A DNA stretch of 64,000 bases from Rickettsiales bacterium (GTDB lineage: Bacteria > Pseudomonadota > Alphaproteobacteria > Rickettsiales > UBA3002), in the NCBI GenBank assembly GCA_022763105.1, contig JALEGK010000019.1:357-64356 (forward strand). The letters are read 5' to 3'. Of this stretch, positions 51,250 to 59,915 are shown one piece after another. The notes under the pieces were generated by a model. It had not been told where the DNA came from and did no database searches. It saw only the letters and a list, made by a program, of their open reading frames with translations. A program made the translations under genes and the position numbers. Positions within the stretch are counted from its first letter, which is position 1, and each line of letters opens with the position of its first letter.

Positions 51250-51860
51250 GCTGCGCTTTCTCCTGCTTTTTCATCCCCAGGAAGAACATATTCTTCCGGC
51301 CCCTCCCAAGGGCTCAGGTAATCAAATTGGCGGAATGCCTGCGGTAATTTTACTGGCTCATACACGACACGTTTTTGCACTTCGTCATAGCGCATCTCGA
51401 CATACCCGGTAAGCGGGAAATCTTTGCGTTGCGGATGACCGTCGAAACCGTAATCGGTAAGGATACGGCGCAAATCCGGATTGTTCGCGAAGAAGACGCC
51501 ATACATGTCCCACACTTCACGCTCGAACCAACCGGCTGCCGGATAGACTGAGACCACTGACGGCACTGCCGTTGCTTCATCGGTGAAGACTTTAACGCGA
51601 ATACGTTGATTGAGGCTGGTGCTGAGCAGTTGATAGACCACTTCAAAACGCTCGGCACGTTCTGGGTAATCCACACCGCACACATCGATCAGCATTTTGA
51701 ACTGGCTGTTCGCATCATCTTGCAAGAAAGACAGTACATGCACCACTTTGTCGCGCGCCGCATGAATGCATAGCTCGTCATTATCGACATGGAAATCGAC
51801 CACGTCGGTTTTCAGTTGTTGTGCGATATACTCGCCTAATTCCTGTAGCGACTCTTTCAT
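51246..51860 (-). CDS. nuoC: NADH-quinone oxidoreductase subunit C
   Basis: 204 aa with ...[11 protein letters not shown]...[11 protein letters not shown]... Confidence 0.94.
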   Translation of the reverse strand: MKESLQELGEYIAQQLKTDVVDFHVDNDELCIHAARDKVVHVLSFLQDDANSQFKMLIDVCGVDYPERAERFEVVYQLLSTSLNQRIRVKVFTDEATAVPSVVSVYPAAGWFEREVWDMYGVFFANNPDLRRILTDYGFDGHPQRKDFPLTGYVEMRYDEVQKRVVYEPVKLPQAFRQFDYLSPWEGPEEYVLPGDEKAGESAA

Positions 51861-51862
51861 GG

Positions 51863-52408
51863 CTAGACTCTCGTTATCGTTCCGGTACGGCGGATTTTCT
51901 TTTGTAGCTGCAAAATGCCATACATCAGCGCTTCTGCTGTTGGCGGGCAGCCCGGCACATAGACATCAACCGGCACAATGCGGTCACATCCACGCACGAC
52001 TGAATAAGAATAATGATAGTAACCGCCACCATTCGCACAGCTACCCATAGAGATCACATAGCGAGGCTCTGCCATTTGGTCGTACACTTTGCGAAGTGCT
52101 GGCGCCATTTTGTTACACAGCGTGCCTGCGACAATCATCACGTCAGATTGACGAGGTGATGGGCGGAAAACCAAACCCAATCGGTCCATGTCATAGCGCG
52201 CTGCTGCAGCGTGCATCATCTCTACCGCGCAGCATGCCAGACCAAATGTCATCGGCCAAAGCGATCCTGTACGCGCCCAATTCACGACCTTATCGAGGTT
52301 AGCGACAATAAAGCCCTTATCGTTAAACTCATCGGTCACATTCTTCAGGAAGGCATCCTGATCAGCGCCCGGCGCAATAGCTTTTGAATTGGTAATGATT
52401 TGTGACAT
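51863..52408 (-). CDS. nuoB: NADH-quinone oxidoreductase subunit B
   Basis: Contains LACCAVEMM and GCPP, the N2 cluster ligands. Confidence 0.96.
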   Translation of the reverse strand: MSQIITNSKAIAPGADQDAFLKNVTDEFNDKGFIVANLDKVVNWARTGSLWPMTFGLACCAVEMMHAAAARYDMDRLGLVFRPSPRQSDVMIVAGTLCNKMAPALRKVYDQMAEPRYVISMGSCANGGGYYHYSYSVVRGCDRIVPVDVYVPGCPPTAEALMYGILQLQKKIRRTGTITRV

Positions 52409-52412
52409 GTTT

Positions 52413-52796
52413 CTACTCCCAGTCTAACGCACCTTTTCTCCATTCGTAAATGAAGCCGATGGTTAGAATCCCTAGAAAGATCATCATTGACCAAAAACCG
52501 AACAATCCGGTTTCTGCGAGCGAAATAGACCAAGGGAATAAAAACGCCACCTCAAGGTCGAAGATGATGAATAAAATTGCGACAAGATAAAAGCGCACAT
52601 CGAACTCACCGCGCGCATCGCCAAATGGCTCAAAACCGCACTCGTATGGTGAGAGTTTCTCATTGTCTGGTTTCGCGCGGGAAATCAGCATTGGCAGCAC
52701 GACCATAACGGTCGCCATGACTGTGGCAATGCCCAGAAAAATGATGATTGGAAAATATGAAGCGACAACTTGTTGCATGGCAATCTCTAATGACAA
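52413..52796 (-). CDS. nuoA: NADH-quinone oxidoreductase subunit A
   Basis: 127 aa, three TM segments, ...[32 protein letters not shown]... Confidence 0.94.
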   Translation of the reverse strand: MSLEIAMQQVVASYFPIIIFLGIATVMATVMVVLPMLISRAKPDNEKLSPYECGFEPFGDARGEFDVRFYLVAILFIIFDLEVAFLFPWSISLAETGLFGFWSMMIFLGILTIGFIYEWRKGALDWE

Positions 52797-52860
52797 TCAG
52801 TTATACTGAAACTGTTACGGAGTTAAAAGGAAAAGTTGGGCGTATGTCTATGTATTTTCT

Positions 52861-52890
52861 GCCCTCTGTGCACGACACAGACGGCTTTTT
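52861..52890 (+). terminator. Terminator-shaped hairpin oriented on the plus strand, in the nuoA upstream region
   Basis: Stem GCCCTCTGTG/CACAGACGGC (one mismatch), loop CACGA, then TTTTT. No plus-strand gene lies upstream of it. Confidence 0.3.
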
Positions 52891-52932
52891 GGAAAGTGTG
52901 ATATTTATTGATGGCTAGGTAAATTTAGCCCT

Positions 52933-52993
52933 AGAAACACTTAAGCCCAGCCCCTTTTAGGGAGCTGGGCTTAAGTGGCGCGAGTGACGAGAC
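52933..52993 (-). repeat. Distal copy of a perfect 61-bp direct repeat (last 18 nt of tRNA-Asp, terminator hairpin and 7 further nt)
   Basis: Identical by eye to 53097-53157, at an offset of 164 bp. Confidence 0.9.
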
Positions 52994-53096
52994 GTACTCA
53001 CTGCGCGCTAACGCGCTTGCTGCGTAGCAAATTCTAAACTCACTTTGTTCGTTAAGAGTATTGTCGAACTCGACTCGTTCTCGTCCGCCACCATCC

Positions 53097-53157
53097 AGAA
53101 ACACTTAAGCCCAGCCCCTTTTAGGGAGCTGGGCTTAAGTGGCGCGAGTGACGAGAC
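53097..53157 (-). repeat. Proximal copy of the 61-bp direct repeat (part of the functional tRNA-Asp 3' end and its terminator)
   Basis: See the distal copy. Confidence 0.9.
53104..53139 (-). terminator. Hairpin immediately 3' of tRNA-Asp
   Basis: CTTAAGCCCAGC...GCTGGGCTTAAG, a 12-bp perfect stem that can be extended, followed on the minus strand by TGTTTCT. A second identical hairpin lies at 52940-52975. Confidence 0.55.
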
Positions 53158-53216
53158 TCGAACTCGCGGCCTCCGCCGTGACAGGGCGGCGCTCTAACCA
53201 ACTGAGCTACACCCGC
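53140..53216 (-). tRNA. tRNA-Asp (anticodon GTC), CCA encoded
   Basis: Hand-folded: GCGGGTG TA GCTC AGTTGGTTA GAGC G CCGCC CTGTCAC GGCGG AGGCC GCGAG TTCGAGT CTCGT CACTCGC G CCA. Confidence 0.93.
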
Positions 53217-53290
53217 GCAATAAGGTCGTTTTAGATGCCAGAGTTTTCTAACGCTGTAAAGTGTTTTTAGACCACTTTATAGCAACTCTA

Positions 53291-53366
53291 TGGTGGGCGA
53301 TGACAGGCTCGAACTGCCGACCCTCTCGGTGTAAACGAGATGCTCTACCAACTGAGCTAATCGCCC
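53291..53366 (-). tRNA. tRNA-Val (anticodon TAC), CCA encoded
   Basis: GGGCGATTAGCTCAGTTGGTAGAGCATCTCGTTTACACCGAGAGGGTCGGCAGTTCGAGCCTGTCATCGCCCACCA. Confidence 0.93.
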
Positions 53367-53388
53367 GACCTAAAACGAGAGGCATCCG

Positions 53389-53433
53389 TATAAAGACAAA
53401 CGGCGCAGAGTGCAAGTGCATTCTACGCCGTTT
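53389..53433 (-). terminator. Putative terminator after hup
   Basis: 8-bp stem AAACGGCG/CGCCGTTT with a 20-nt loop, and T-rich flanks on both strands. Confidence 0.45.
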
Positions 53434-53460
53434 TAGTATTTTTAGGGTAAAAAGTGCGAG

Positions 53461-53748
53461 TTACGCAGCTTTCTTACCGTTCACCAGATCTTTAAGACCT
53501 TTACCTGGCTTGAACTTAGGTTGCTTAGAAGCAGCAATCTTGATCACGTCACCGGTACGTGGGTTGCGGCCTTCGGTAGCTTTACGCTTAACAACAGAGA
53601 AGGTACCGAAACCAACTAGACGTACGTCCTGGCCTTTTTTCAAAGATTTTTCGATTGCTTCAATGAATGCATCTACAGCTTCAGATGCTTTAGCTTTGGT
53701 TAGGTCTGCTTTCTTTGCGACTTCTGCGATCAGTTCGTTCTTATTCAT
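53461..53748 (-). CDS. hup: HU-family DNA-binding protein
   Basis: MNKNELIAEVAKK...GFGTFSVVKRKATEGRNPRTGDVIKIAASKQPKFKPGK. ATG 53748 follows GGAGAC. Confidence 0.93.
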   Translation of the reverse strand: MNKNELIAEVAKKADLTKAKASEAVDAFIEAIEKSLKKGQDVRLVGFGTFSVVKRKATEGRNPRTGDVIKIAASKQPKFKPGKGLKDLVNGKKAA

Positions 53749-53872
53749 GATCAAGTCTCCTTACGAGATGAAAGTTAAAATGTGTGACGAAATTTCGTCG
53801 AAACCAAGGGTACCTGCGGTACATCCGAGAACGACCTAAACACTATTAAAAATGTTTGTAAATAGTTTTTCG

Positions 53873-53914
53873 AAAAAAAATTCGCTGAAAGCCAGAGTGA
53901 GTGCCGCTTTCAGC
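53873..53914 (-). terminator. Intrinsic terminator after map
   Basis: On the minus strand: GCTGAAAG...CTTTCAGC 8-bp stem followed by GAATTTTTTTT. Confidence 0.6.
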
Positions 53915-53980
53915 ACGAGCGTTCAGTCATAATTCACTTCAACAGATGAAGATTAGCTTCTGAAAATACTCAATAAAAAA

Positions 53981-54781
53981 TTACGCAGAAGCTGAAAATG
54001 GCGGGAAATGTAGGCCTCTTGGTGATTCGGTAAAGATATCAACACCGCTAGCCGTTACCCCACAAGAATGCTCGAATTGACACGACAATGAGCGGTCTTT
54101 TGTCGTTACCGTCCAGCCATCATGCTTACTTAATTTGGTGCCCGCCTTGCCTGCATTGACCATCGGCTCGACCGTGAAGAACATTCCCTCTTCAATGAGC
54201 GTGCCCTCACCCGGTGTGCCGTAATGCAAAATGTTTGGTGCATCGTGGAAGACTTTGCCCAAGCCGTGACCGCAATATTCACGCACGATGGAATAGCCAT
54301 AGCTCTCGGCATATTCCTGAATTGCATGGCCGATATCGCCGGTAGTATTTCCCGGCTTGACCATTTCGATGCCTTTCATCATGGCATCGTAGGTTACTTG
54401 CGTTAAGCGCTTCGCTTTAATCGGTGGCTCACCAACCCAGAACATACGGCTGGTATCGCCGTGCCATCCATCGACAATCACGGTGACATCAATGTTCACA
54501 ACATCGCCGTCTTTGAGTTCCTTATCATCCGGTATGCCGTGACAGACGACGTGGTTGATAGAGGTACAAATGGATTTAGGGAAACCGCGATAATTAAGCG
54601 GGGCCGGAATCGCGCCCTCTTCTATAATGCGGTTATGCGCATATTCATTGATCGCATCGGTTGTAATGCCGGGCACAACACGTTCGGTAATTTCATCGAG
54701 TATCGTTGCTGCCAGTGTCCCTGCCTTTTTCATAGAGGCATAGTCTTCTGGTTTGTGGATTGTAATTTCGCGAGTATCCAT
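53981..54781 (-). CDS. map: Methionine aminopeptidase, type I
   Basis: Contains VCHGIPD, DVVNIDVT and the metal ligands in HGLG...FTVEPM...EH. ATG 54781 is preferred over the 22-aa longer ORF. Confidence 0.92.
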   Translation of the reverse strand: MDTREITIHKPEDYASMKKAGTLAATILDEITERVVPGITTDAINEYAHNRIIEEGAIPAPLNYRGFPKSICTSINHVVCHGIPDDKELKDGDVVNIDVTVIVDGWHGDTSRMFWVGEPPIKAKRLTQVTYDAMMKGIEMVKPGNTTGDIGHAIQEYAESYGYSIVREYCGHGLGKVFHDAPNILHYGTPGEGTLIEEGMFFTVEPMVNAGKAGTKLSKHDGWTVTTKDRSLSCQFEHSCGVTASGVDIFTESPRGLHFPPFSASA

Positions 54782-54880
54782 AAAACTTTGTTTCTTCTTT
54801 CTTCGAGCATTGCCCTTCGTTTGAAATGACACTATATAAAGACTCATCCGCGCAACAAGTAAAAATCACAGAGGGGCTTC

Positions 54881-55645
54881 ATGTCAGGTCATACAACCGC
54901 ATGTCTGATTATAATCGGCAACGAAATTTTGTCAGGGCGTACGAAAGACAAAAATTTGGCGCATTTGGGTGAAGAACTCAATAAAATGGGTATCCGCTTG
55001 ATGGAAGGCCGTGTCATTCCCGATGTGGCTGAAACAATTGTTGCGACGCTCAATGAATGCCGCGCCAAATTCACCTATGTGTTTACTACGGGTGGTATTG
55101 GCCCAACCCATGATGACATTACCACTGTTTGTGTAGCACAGGCTTTTGGTGTGAAGGTGATTCGTCATCCTGAAGCGGAGCGTCGATTGCTTGCGCATTA
55201 CAAGCCTGAAGACGTCAATGAAGCGCGCATGAAAATGGCGGACGTTCCCGATGGAGCGACGTTGATTGACAACCCCGTGAGTGCGGCTCCGGGCTATCGC
55301 ATTGGTAATGTATTTGTGATGGCGGGAGTGCCGCGCATTATGCATGCCATGCTCGATTTTTGTAAGAATCAGCTAGAAGGCGGTGAGCCGGTTAAAAGCA
55401 ATGTGCTGGATGTTGAAATGGCCGAAGGCAATATTGCTGACAAGCTTGGCTTCATTCAGGAGAAGTTCTCAGATGTCGAGATTGGTATCTATCCGAAAAT
55501 ACGCAATGGCAAACTAGCTTCCACGATTGTTCTACGCTGTGCCGATGCGCGCATGCTTATGGATGCAACAGATGCAACCGAAGCCATGCTATCTGATTTA
55601 GGTGCAGAAATTAGTGATCGCGAATTAGAAGCGGAAGCGCGCTAA
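54881..55645 (+). CDS. CinA-N/MoCF-type molybdopterin-binding domain protein
   Basis: Contains IIGNEILSGRTKDKNLAHLGEEL and TTGGIGPTHDDIT. Confidence 0.75.
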   Translation: MSGHTTACLIIIGNEILSGRTKDKNLAHLGEELNKMGIRLMEGRVIPDVAETIVATLNECRAKFTYVFTTGGIGPTHDDITTVCVAQAFGVKVIRHPEAERRLLAHYKPEDVNEARMKMADVPDGATLIDNPVSAAPGYRIGNVFVMAGVPRIMHAMLDFCKNQLEGGEPVKSNVLDVEMAEGNIADKLGFIQEKFSDVEIGIYPKIRNGKLASTIVLRCADARMLMDATDATEAMLSDLGAEISDRELEAEAR

Positions 55646-56290
55646 GAATTCAATATTGTGCGAGAGGGTTTCCAGCTCAACCTTTTGGTTGAGTGCATTG
55701 TTAAACTCTGGATCGCTTGAGCCGAACAAACGGTAACCTACCCCCCAATCACTATTAGGTAATGATGCAGGCGAGTAATAGATACCCGTCATTAGCTGAT
55801 AAGCGAAGTTGAAATCTTGGTCATCGACTGCGAAGTTCGAGCTATCGAAATCATACAATACCATGCCCATACCACCACCAATGTATGGCGTAAAACGACC
55901 GCCGGTTGGAATGTCGTAATACATGTTAGCCATGTAAGCCTGACCTTTGAGCGAGCCATCTAGATTCGCAAATCCCGTGCTGGTCTGTAGCTGGTCAAAA
56001 TTATAATTACGATAGGTGTATTCAAATTCGAAGCGGGTATTATCGAAGAAATTACCGTTATAGCCTGGGCGGTAACCGACACCAATCCCCCATGAAGTAT
56101 CAGTCTCGAATGAAATCTCACCACCATTTGCGCCGCCAATTTTTACATCGGCATCGTCAACATAGCTGATTTCGCCGTGAATCGAGACGAACCAGTTGGG
56201 ATATTGTTTGTTAGGGTAATAAGCGTAAGATGCGTTGCTCAGCGCTGCTAGCGCAGTCGTCAGGCACGCAATTAGTATTGATTTTTTCAA
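55625..56290 (-). CDS. Outer-membrane beta-barrel protein (small OMP, Omp25/OmpW-like class)
   Basis: Signal peptide MKKSILIACLTTALAALSNASYA (TTG start after GGAGG), alternating aromatic strands and a terminal ...ARFRF. Confidence 0.7.
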   Translation of the reverse strand: MKKSILIACLTTALAALSNASYAYYPNKQYPNWFVSIHGEISYVDDADVKIGGANGGEISFETDTSWGIGVGYRPGYNGNFFDNTRFEFEYTYRNYNFDQLQTSTGFANLDGSLKGQAYMANMYYDIPTGGRFTPYIGGGMGMVLYDFDSSNFAVDDQDFNFAYQLMTGIYYSPASLPNSDWGVGYRLFGSSDPEFNNALNQKVELETLSHNIEFLARFRF

Positions 56291-56477
56291 GGCAACCTCC
56301 AAAAGCTACATCTACGCTTATCTCAATATCATGTGTTAATTGCAACTGTGCCGTATAGATGTTGTGGATGATAGTGTGGCGGTTATGCAATAGTCTGTCA
56401 CACTGCACTACTTGAGGATTGCCTATCTAGAATTCAACGGGATATAATGTGCGTCCCATACTGTGAAGGAGACGCCC

Positions 56478-57407
56478 ATGACGCATGAATCACAAGAAGC
56501 TTTAGCCACCGCATTACTCGACAGACTTTGGGCTGAGTATATTGAGCGTGTTGAATACGCTAAACAGTATGTTGATCTTGTGAATGCAAATGGCGGTACG
56601 GTATTAAATGATCACATTGCGCTGCGCACTTTCAATACCGATACAGGCGGACAGCCCGCTGGTGCGGCTGGTCTGTCACGCATTATTGAGCCGCTGGGTT
56701 ACACACGCAAAACGCAATATGACTTTCCGAGCAAACATTTGACTGCATGGCACTGGGAGCATCGTAATCCTCGCCTGCCGAAAATTTTTATTAGCCAGCT
56801 AGAAGTGGAAGCGTTGGCTGTTGGTGCGGAAGAAGCGGTGATCAATAGTGTGAAAGACACGCCAGACCCACTCAGCGCAGAAGCGGCAGAATATTTAAAA
56901 CGTGTGGCGCATGATGAAACGTTAGAGAAAGATGATTTAGAAGAAGCTGCCGAATTGCTAGCTTCTGTATTCACACGTCCTTGGGATGCACCAAAGAAAT
57001 CGCTAATTGAACCGCTCAATGATGTCTCGCAATATGCGGCGTGGACGTTGCTTCACGGTAATTCGGTGAATCACTTTACTGCCTTCATCAATCACCAGAA
57101 TGTGGATGCATGGCCGGATATTGAGGCGACCGTTGCTGCATTGCTAGATGCGGGTGTACCAATGAAAGACCATATTGAAGGTGAGCCAGGCAGTAAGCTG
57201 CGTCAATCATCGACCAAGGCAGTGGATTGTTTCTGTGATGTCATGAACGACAAAGGCAAGATCATGCAAATGAACTGGACCTATGCCTATTATGAGTTCG
57301 CCGAGCGCGGTACCGTTGAAGATGAAGATGGCAATAAGATCGAGTTCACCGGATTTTTGGGTGAGCAAGCCACCAATCTATTTGAGATGACGCGCAAGCA
57401 TGGCTGA
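56478..57407 (+). CDS. DUF1338-family 2-oxoadipate dioxygenase/decarboxylase (HglS-like)
   Basis: Contains LNDHIALRTF and is about 310 aa. ATG 56478 follows AAGGAGA. Overlaps the FAD oxidase gene by 8 nt. Confidence 0.6.
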   Translation: MTHESQEALATALLDRLWAEYIERVEYAKQYVDLVNANGGTVLNDHIALRTFNTDTGGQPAGAAGLSRIIEPLGYTRKTQYDFPSKHLTAWHWEHRNPRLPKIFISQLEVEALAVGAEEAVINSVKDTPDPLSAEAAEYLKRVAHDETLEKDDLEEAAELLASVFTRPWDAPKKSLIEPLNDVSQYAAWTLLHGNSVNHFTAFINHQNVDAWPDIEATVAALLDAGVPMKDHIEGEPGSKLRQSSTKAVDCFCDVMNDKGKIMQMNWTYAYYEFAERGTVEDEDGNKIEFTGFLGEQATNLFEMTRKHG

Positions 57408-58827
57408 GCCGATTGCAGCGAAACATATTGATGCGTTAAAAGACCTGCTGGGTGCAGGCAATTTCCTTGATGAATCTGATGATATGACGGCTTACGTTAT
57501 GCCGTGGCGTGGTGAAGCAAAAGGTCATAGCCCACTGATTGCGCAACCCACATCGGTAGAGCAACTGCAAGAGCTAGTTCGATACTGTGCAAAACACTCT
57601 ATTGCGATGGTGCCGCAAGGTGGGAATACTGGCTTGGTATATGGCGCGATGCCTCAAGGTGAGATTGTCGTATCACTCTCTAGGTTGCGCGCGATTCGTC
57701 GTGTTGATTTAACCGATAATGCGATCTGTGTAGAGGCAGGCGTATTGCTTGCCGAAGTACAGGAGCGCGCCAAAGCCGATGATCGGATTTTTCCGCTTAG
57801 CATGGCATCGGAAGGTAGCGCACAAATTGGCGGTGTGGCTGCTACCAATGCGGGTGGCACGGCCGTGATCAAATATGGCAATATGCGTGATTTGGTATTG
57901 GGGCTAGAGGTCGTGTTGCCTAATGGTGATTTGATCTGTCAGTTATCGCCTCTACCTAAAGACAATGCAGGCTTTGATGTGAAGCAGCTCTTTATTGGAT
58001 CTGAGGGCTGCTTGGGGTTCATCACCGCTCTGACTCTTAAACTCTTCCCTGCCCCCAAATCGACTTCCACAAGCATGCTGGCCGTTGGCTCAACGCAAGC
58101 AGCGAGTGAAACCTATAAACATCTGAAGCAATCATTGGGTGAGAGCATCGTCGCATTTGAGATGATCTCATCGAATGCCATGCAGGTGGTGAATGAGCAG
58201 ATTGATGATCATCACAATCCTTTTGATGGCAGTCACGCCTATTACTTGCTGGTTGAGGTCGAGAGCACGCTCGCTGATTATCCGTTACGCACCGCATTTG
58301 AGAATGCATTAGCGAGCTTGTTTGAATCGGGACAAGTTGAGGATGCAATTATTGCCGAATCGAGCGAGCAAGCGCGCAAATTATGGTCTATTCGCGAGCA
58401 TGTCTCTGAAGCGGCACGCAAAAGCGGCAAGGGGTTGCATTACGATATTGCCGTGCCCAGCTCCCAGATTGGTTATTTTATCGAGCAGACCAACCCATTA
58501 GTAGCCGATGCGTACCCGAATGTGCGTACCATCGATTTTGGGCATTATGGTGATGGCAATATTCATTATAACCAGTATTTCCCGAATGATATTGATGCAT
58601 CTACCCTGCCCGCTATCCGCGACACTCTGGATAAAATTATCTACGATCAATGTTTATCACTGGGCGGTACCATTAGTGCTGAGCATGGCGTTGGATTAGA
58701 TCGGCAGAAGCCATTTTATGATTATAACTCTGATGCTTCCATTGCCCTTATGCGCTCGGTTAAAGCGGCCATTGACCCGCAAAACCTGATGAATCCTGGC
58801 AAAGTGCTCCACAGTAAAAGCGCTTAA
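57400..58827 (+). CDS. FAD-linked oxidase (GlcD / D-2-hydroxyacid dehydrogenase family)
   Basis: FAD-binding PCMH-type N-terminus (VPQGGNTGLVYGAMP), C-terminal SAEHGVG. 475 aa. Confidence 0.8.
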   Translation: MAEPIAAKHIDALKDLLGAGNFLDESDDMTAYVMPWRGEAKGHSPLIAQPTSVEQLQELVRYCAKHSIAMVPQGGNTGLVYGAMPQGEIVVSLSRLRAIRRVDLTDNAICVEAGVLLAEVQERAKADDRIFPLSMASEGSAQIGGVAATNAGGTAVIKYGNMRDLVLGLEVVLPNGDLICQLSPLPKDNAGFDVKQLFIGSEGCLGFITALTLKLFPAPKSTSTSMLAVGSTQAASETYKHLKQSLGESIVAFEMISSNAMQVVNEQIDDHHNPFDGSHAYYLLVEVESTLADYPLRTAFENALASLFESGQVEDAIIAESSEQARKLWSIREHVSEAARKSGKGLHYDIAVPSSQIGYFIEQTNPLVADAYPNVRTIDFGHYGDGNIHYNQYFPNDIDASTLPAIRDTLDKIIYDQCLSLGGTISAEHGVGLDRQKPFYDYNSDASIALMRSVKAAIDPQNLMNPGKVLHSKSA

Positions 58828-58904
58828 GCGCATCAGCTATGCATATGGGCGGTTTTTTCGTGGCATTCACGGACACACTTTGCTAAAAGCCATCTTTAGG
58901 GTTT

Positions 58905-58991
58905 GCCCACGTGGCGGAATTGGTAGACGCTGCGGACTTAAAATCCGTTGACCGCAAGGTCGTGCCGGTTCAAGTCCGGCCGTGGGTACCA
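58905..58991 (+). tRNA. tRNA-Leu (anticodon TAA), class II, CCA encoded
   Basis: GCCCACG...CGTGGGT acceptor (G1-U72), anticodon loop CTTAAAA, long variable arm, T-arm GCCGG-TTCAAGT-CCGGC. Confidence 0.92.
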
Positions 58992-59017
58992 TCATACAAC
59001 CTTGATTCTGAGGGGTT

Positions 59018-59911
59018 ATGCGTTCTTATTCTATTGCTGTTCTCGCCCATGGCCACGCTGATGATGAGCATCTGCTGGAAAGTATTGCTCAGTTTCGTCA
59101 ACAAATCCCTTTCGCTTCCATTTATTGGTATGGCGAAGGTTTAGACGATAGCAAAAAACTAGCACTGCAAAAGCTAGATGTGACGATTCGTCATGATGAA
59201 AGCGCGACGGCATTTAAAACCATTCGCCGTATGTTTACCGAAGTCGATGCGGATGTGTTTGTCTATGTTGGCAATCCTGATTATCCGGCAGACCTTGCTT
59301 CCAGCATGATTCATACGCTGGTTGAGACGCGCAAAGACATGGTCTCGGCCGTTAACCCTAAGCTTGGCGGCCCGCTACAGAATGATTACATAAAAATGTG
59401 TAATGGTCTGTTTGGTCGTGAGCTGATTTGTCCGCTTTCGGATTACCGTGTGTTTTCACGCCGCTTTGTAAAGTCATTTGCTGCGTTTGAGCGCGGCTTC
59501 CCAATCGAGCTGGAATGGAGCATGCACGCGCTTGAGCTAGATATTCCGCTAGCTGAGATGGCGATTGAAGATGCACATCATGAAAAGCTTCGCGCACCAG
59601 ATATTTATAAGCCAACACGCAGACGCCATAACCTCACACGTTTGATTATGAATCTGCAAGCGCGTCCGCTGAAATGGTTTGGTTTGCTAACCGGTTTATT
59701 TGGTGTCGCTTTCACTTTCTATGAGGTGAGCTATATTCTCAGCTTCTTAGAAATCGCCCATATTATCCCCAATGGATGGGCCCTTGCTGGGGCTGTTTGC
59801 TTTGCCATTTTGGCTATTTTATCAGGCATTAGCGGCCTTTTACTACACACCCAATCACATGAACGGCGCGAATTAAAACGCTTGCATTTCCAGCAGCACA
59901 GCACATTGTAG
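59018..59911 (+). CDS. GT2-like glycosyltransferase with two C-terminal TM helices (GtrB/ArnC-like architecture)
   Basis: Starts YSIAVLAHGHADDE, has a DxD-like VDADVF and C-terminal hydrophobic segments. Divergent, so the call is tentative. Confidence 0.5.
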   Translation: MRSYSIAVLAHGHADDEHLLESIAQFRQQIPFASIYWYGEGLDDSKKLALQKLDVTIRHDESATAFKTIRRMFTEVDADVFVYVGNPDYPADLASSMIHTLVETRKDMVSAVNPKLGGPLQNDYIKMCNGLFGRELICPLSDYRVFSRRFVKSFAAFERGFPIELEWSMHALELDIPLAEMAIEDAHHEKLRAPDIYKPTRRRHNLTRLIMNLQARPLKWFGLLTGLFGVAFTFYEVSYILSFLEIAHIIPNGWALAGAVCFAILAILSGISGLLLHTQSHERRELKRLHFQQHSTL

Positions 59912-59915
59912 TCTC

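Noticed and set aside
53066-53080. GAAC-N7-GTTC element in the filler between the tRNA-Asp repeats, considered as a LexA/SOS box
   Set aside because: The alphaproteobacterial SOS box is a direct repeat (GTTC-N7-GTTC). This element is palindromic and looks like a degenerate tRNA T-arm fragment. No SOS gene is nearby.
53261-53839. 192-aa plus-strand ORF
   Set aside because: It covers tRNA-Val and is antisense to the clearly recognisable HU gene. It is spurious.
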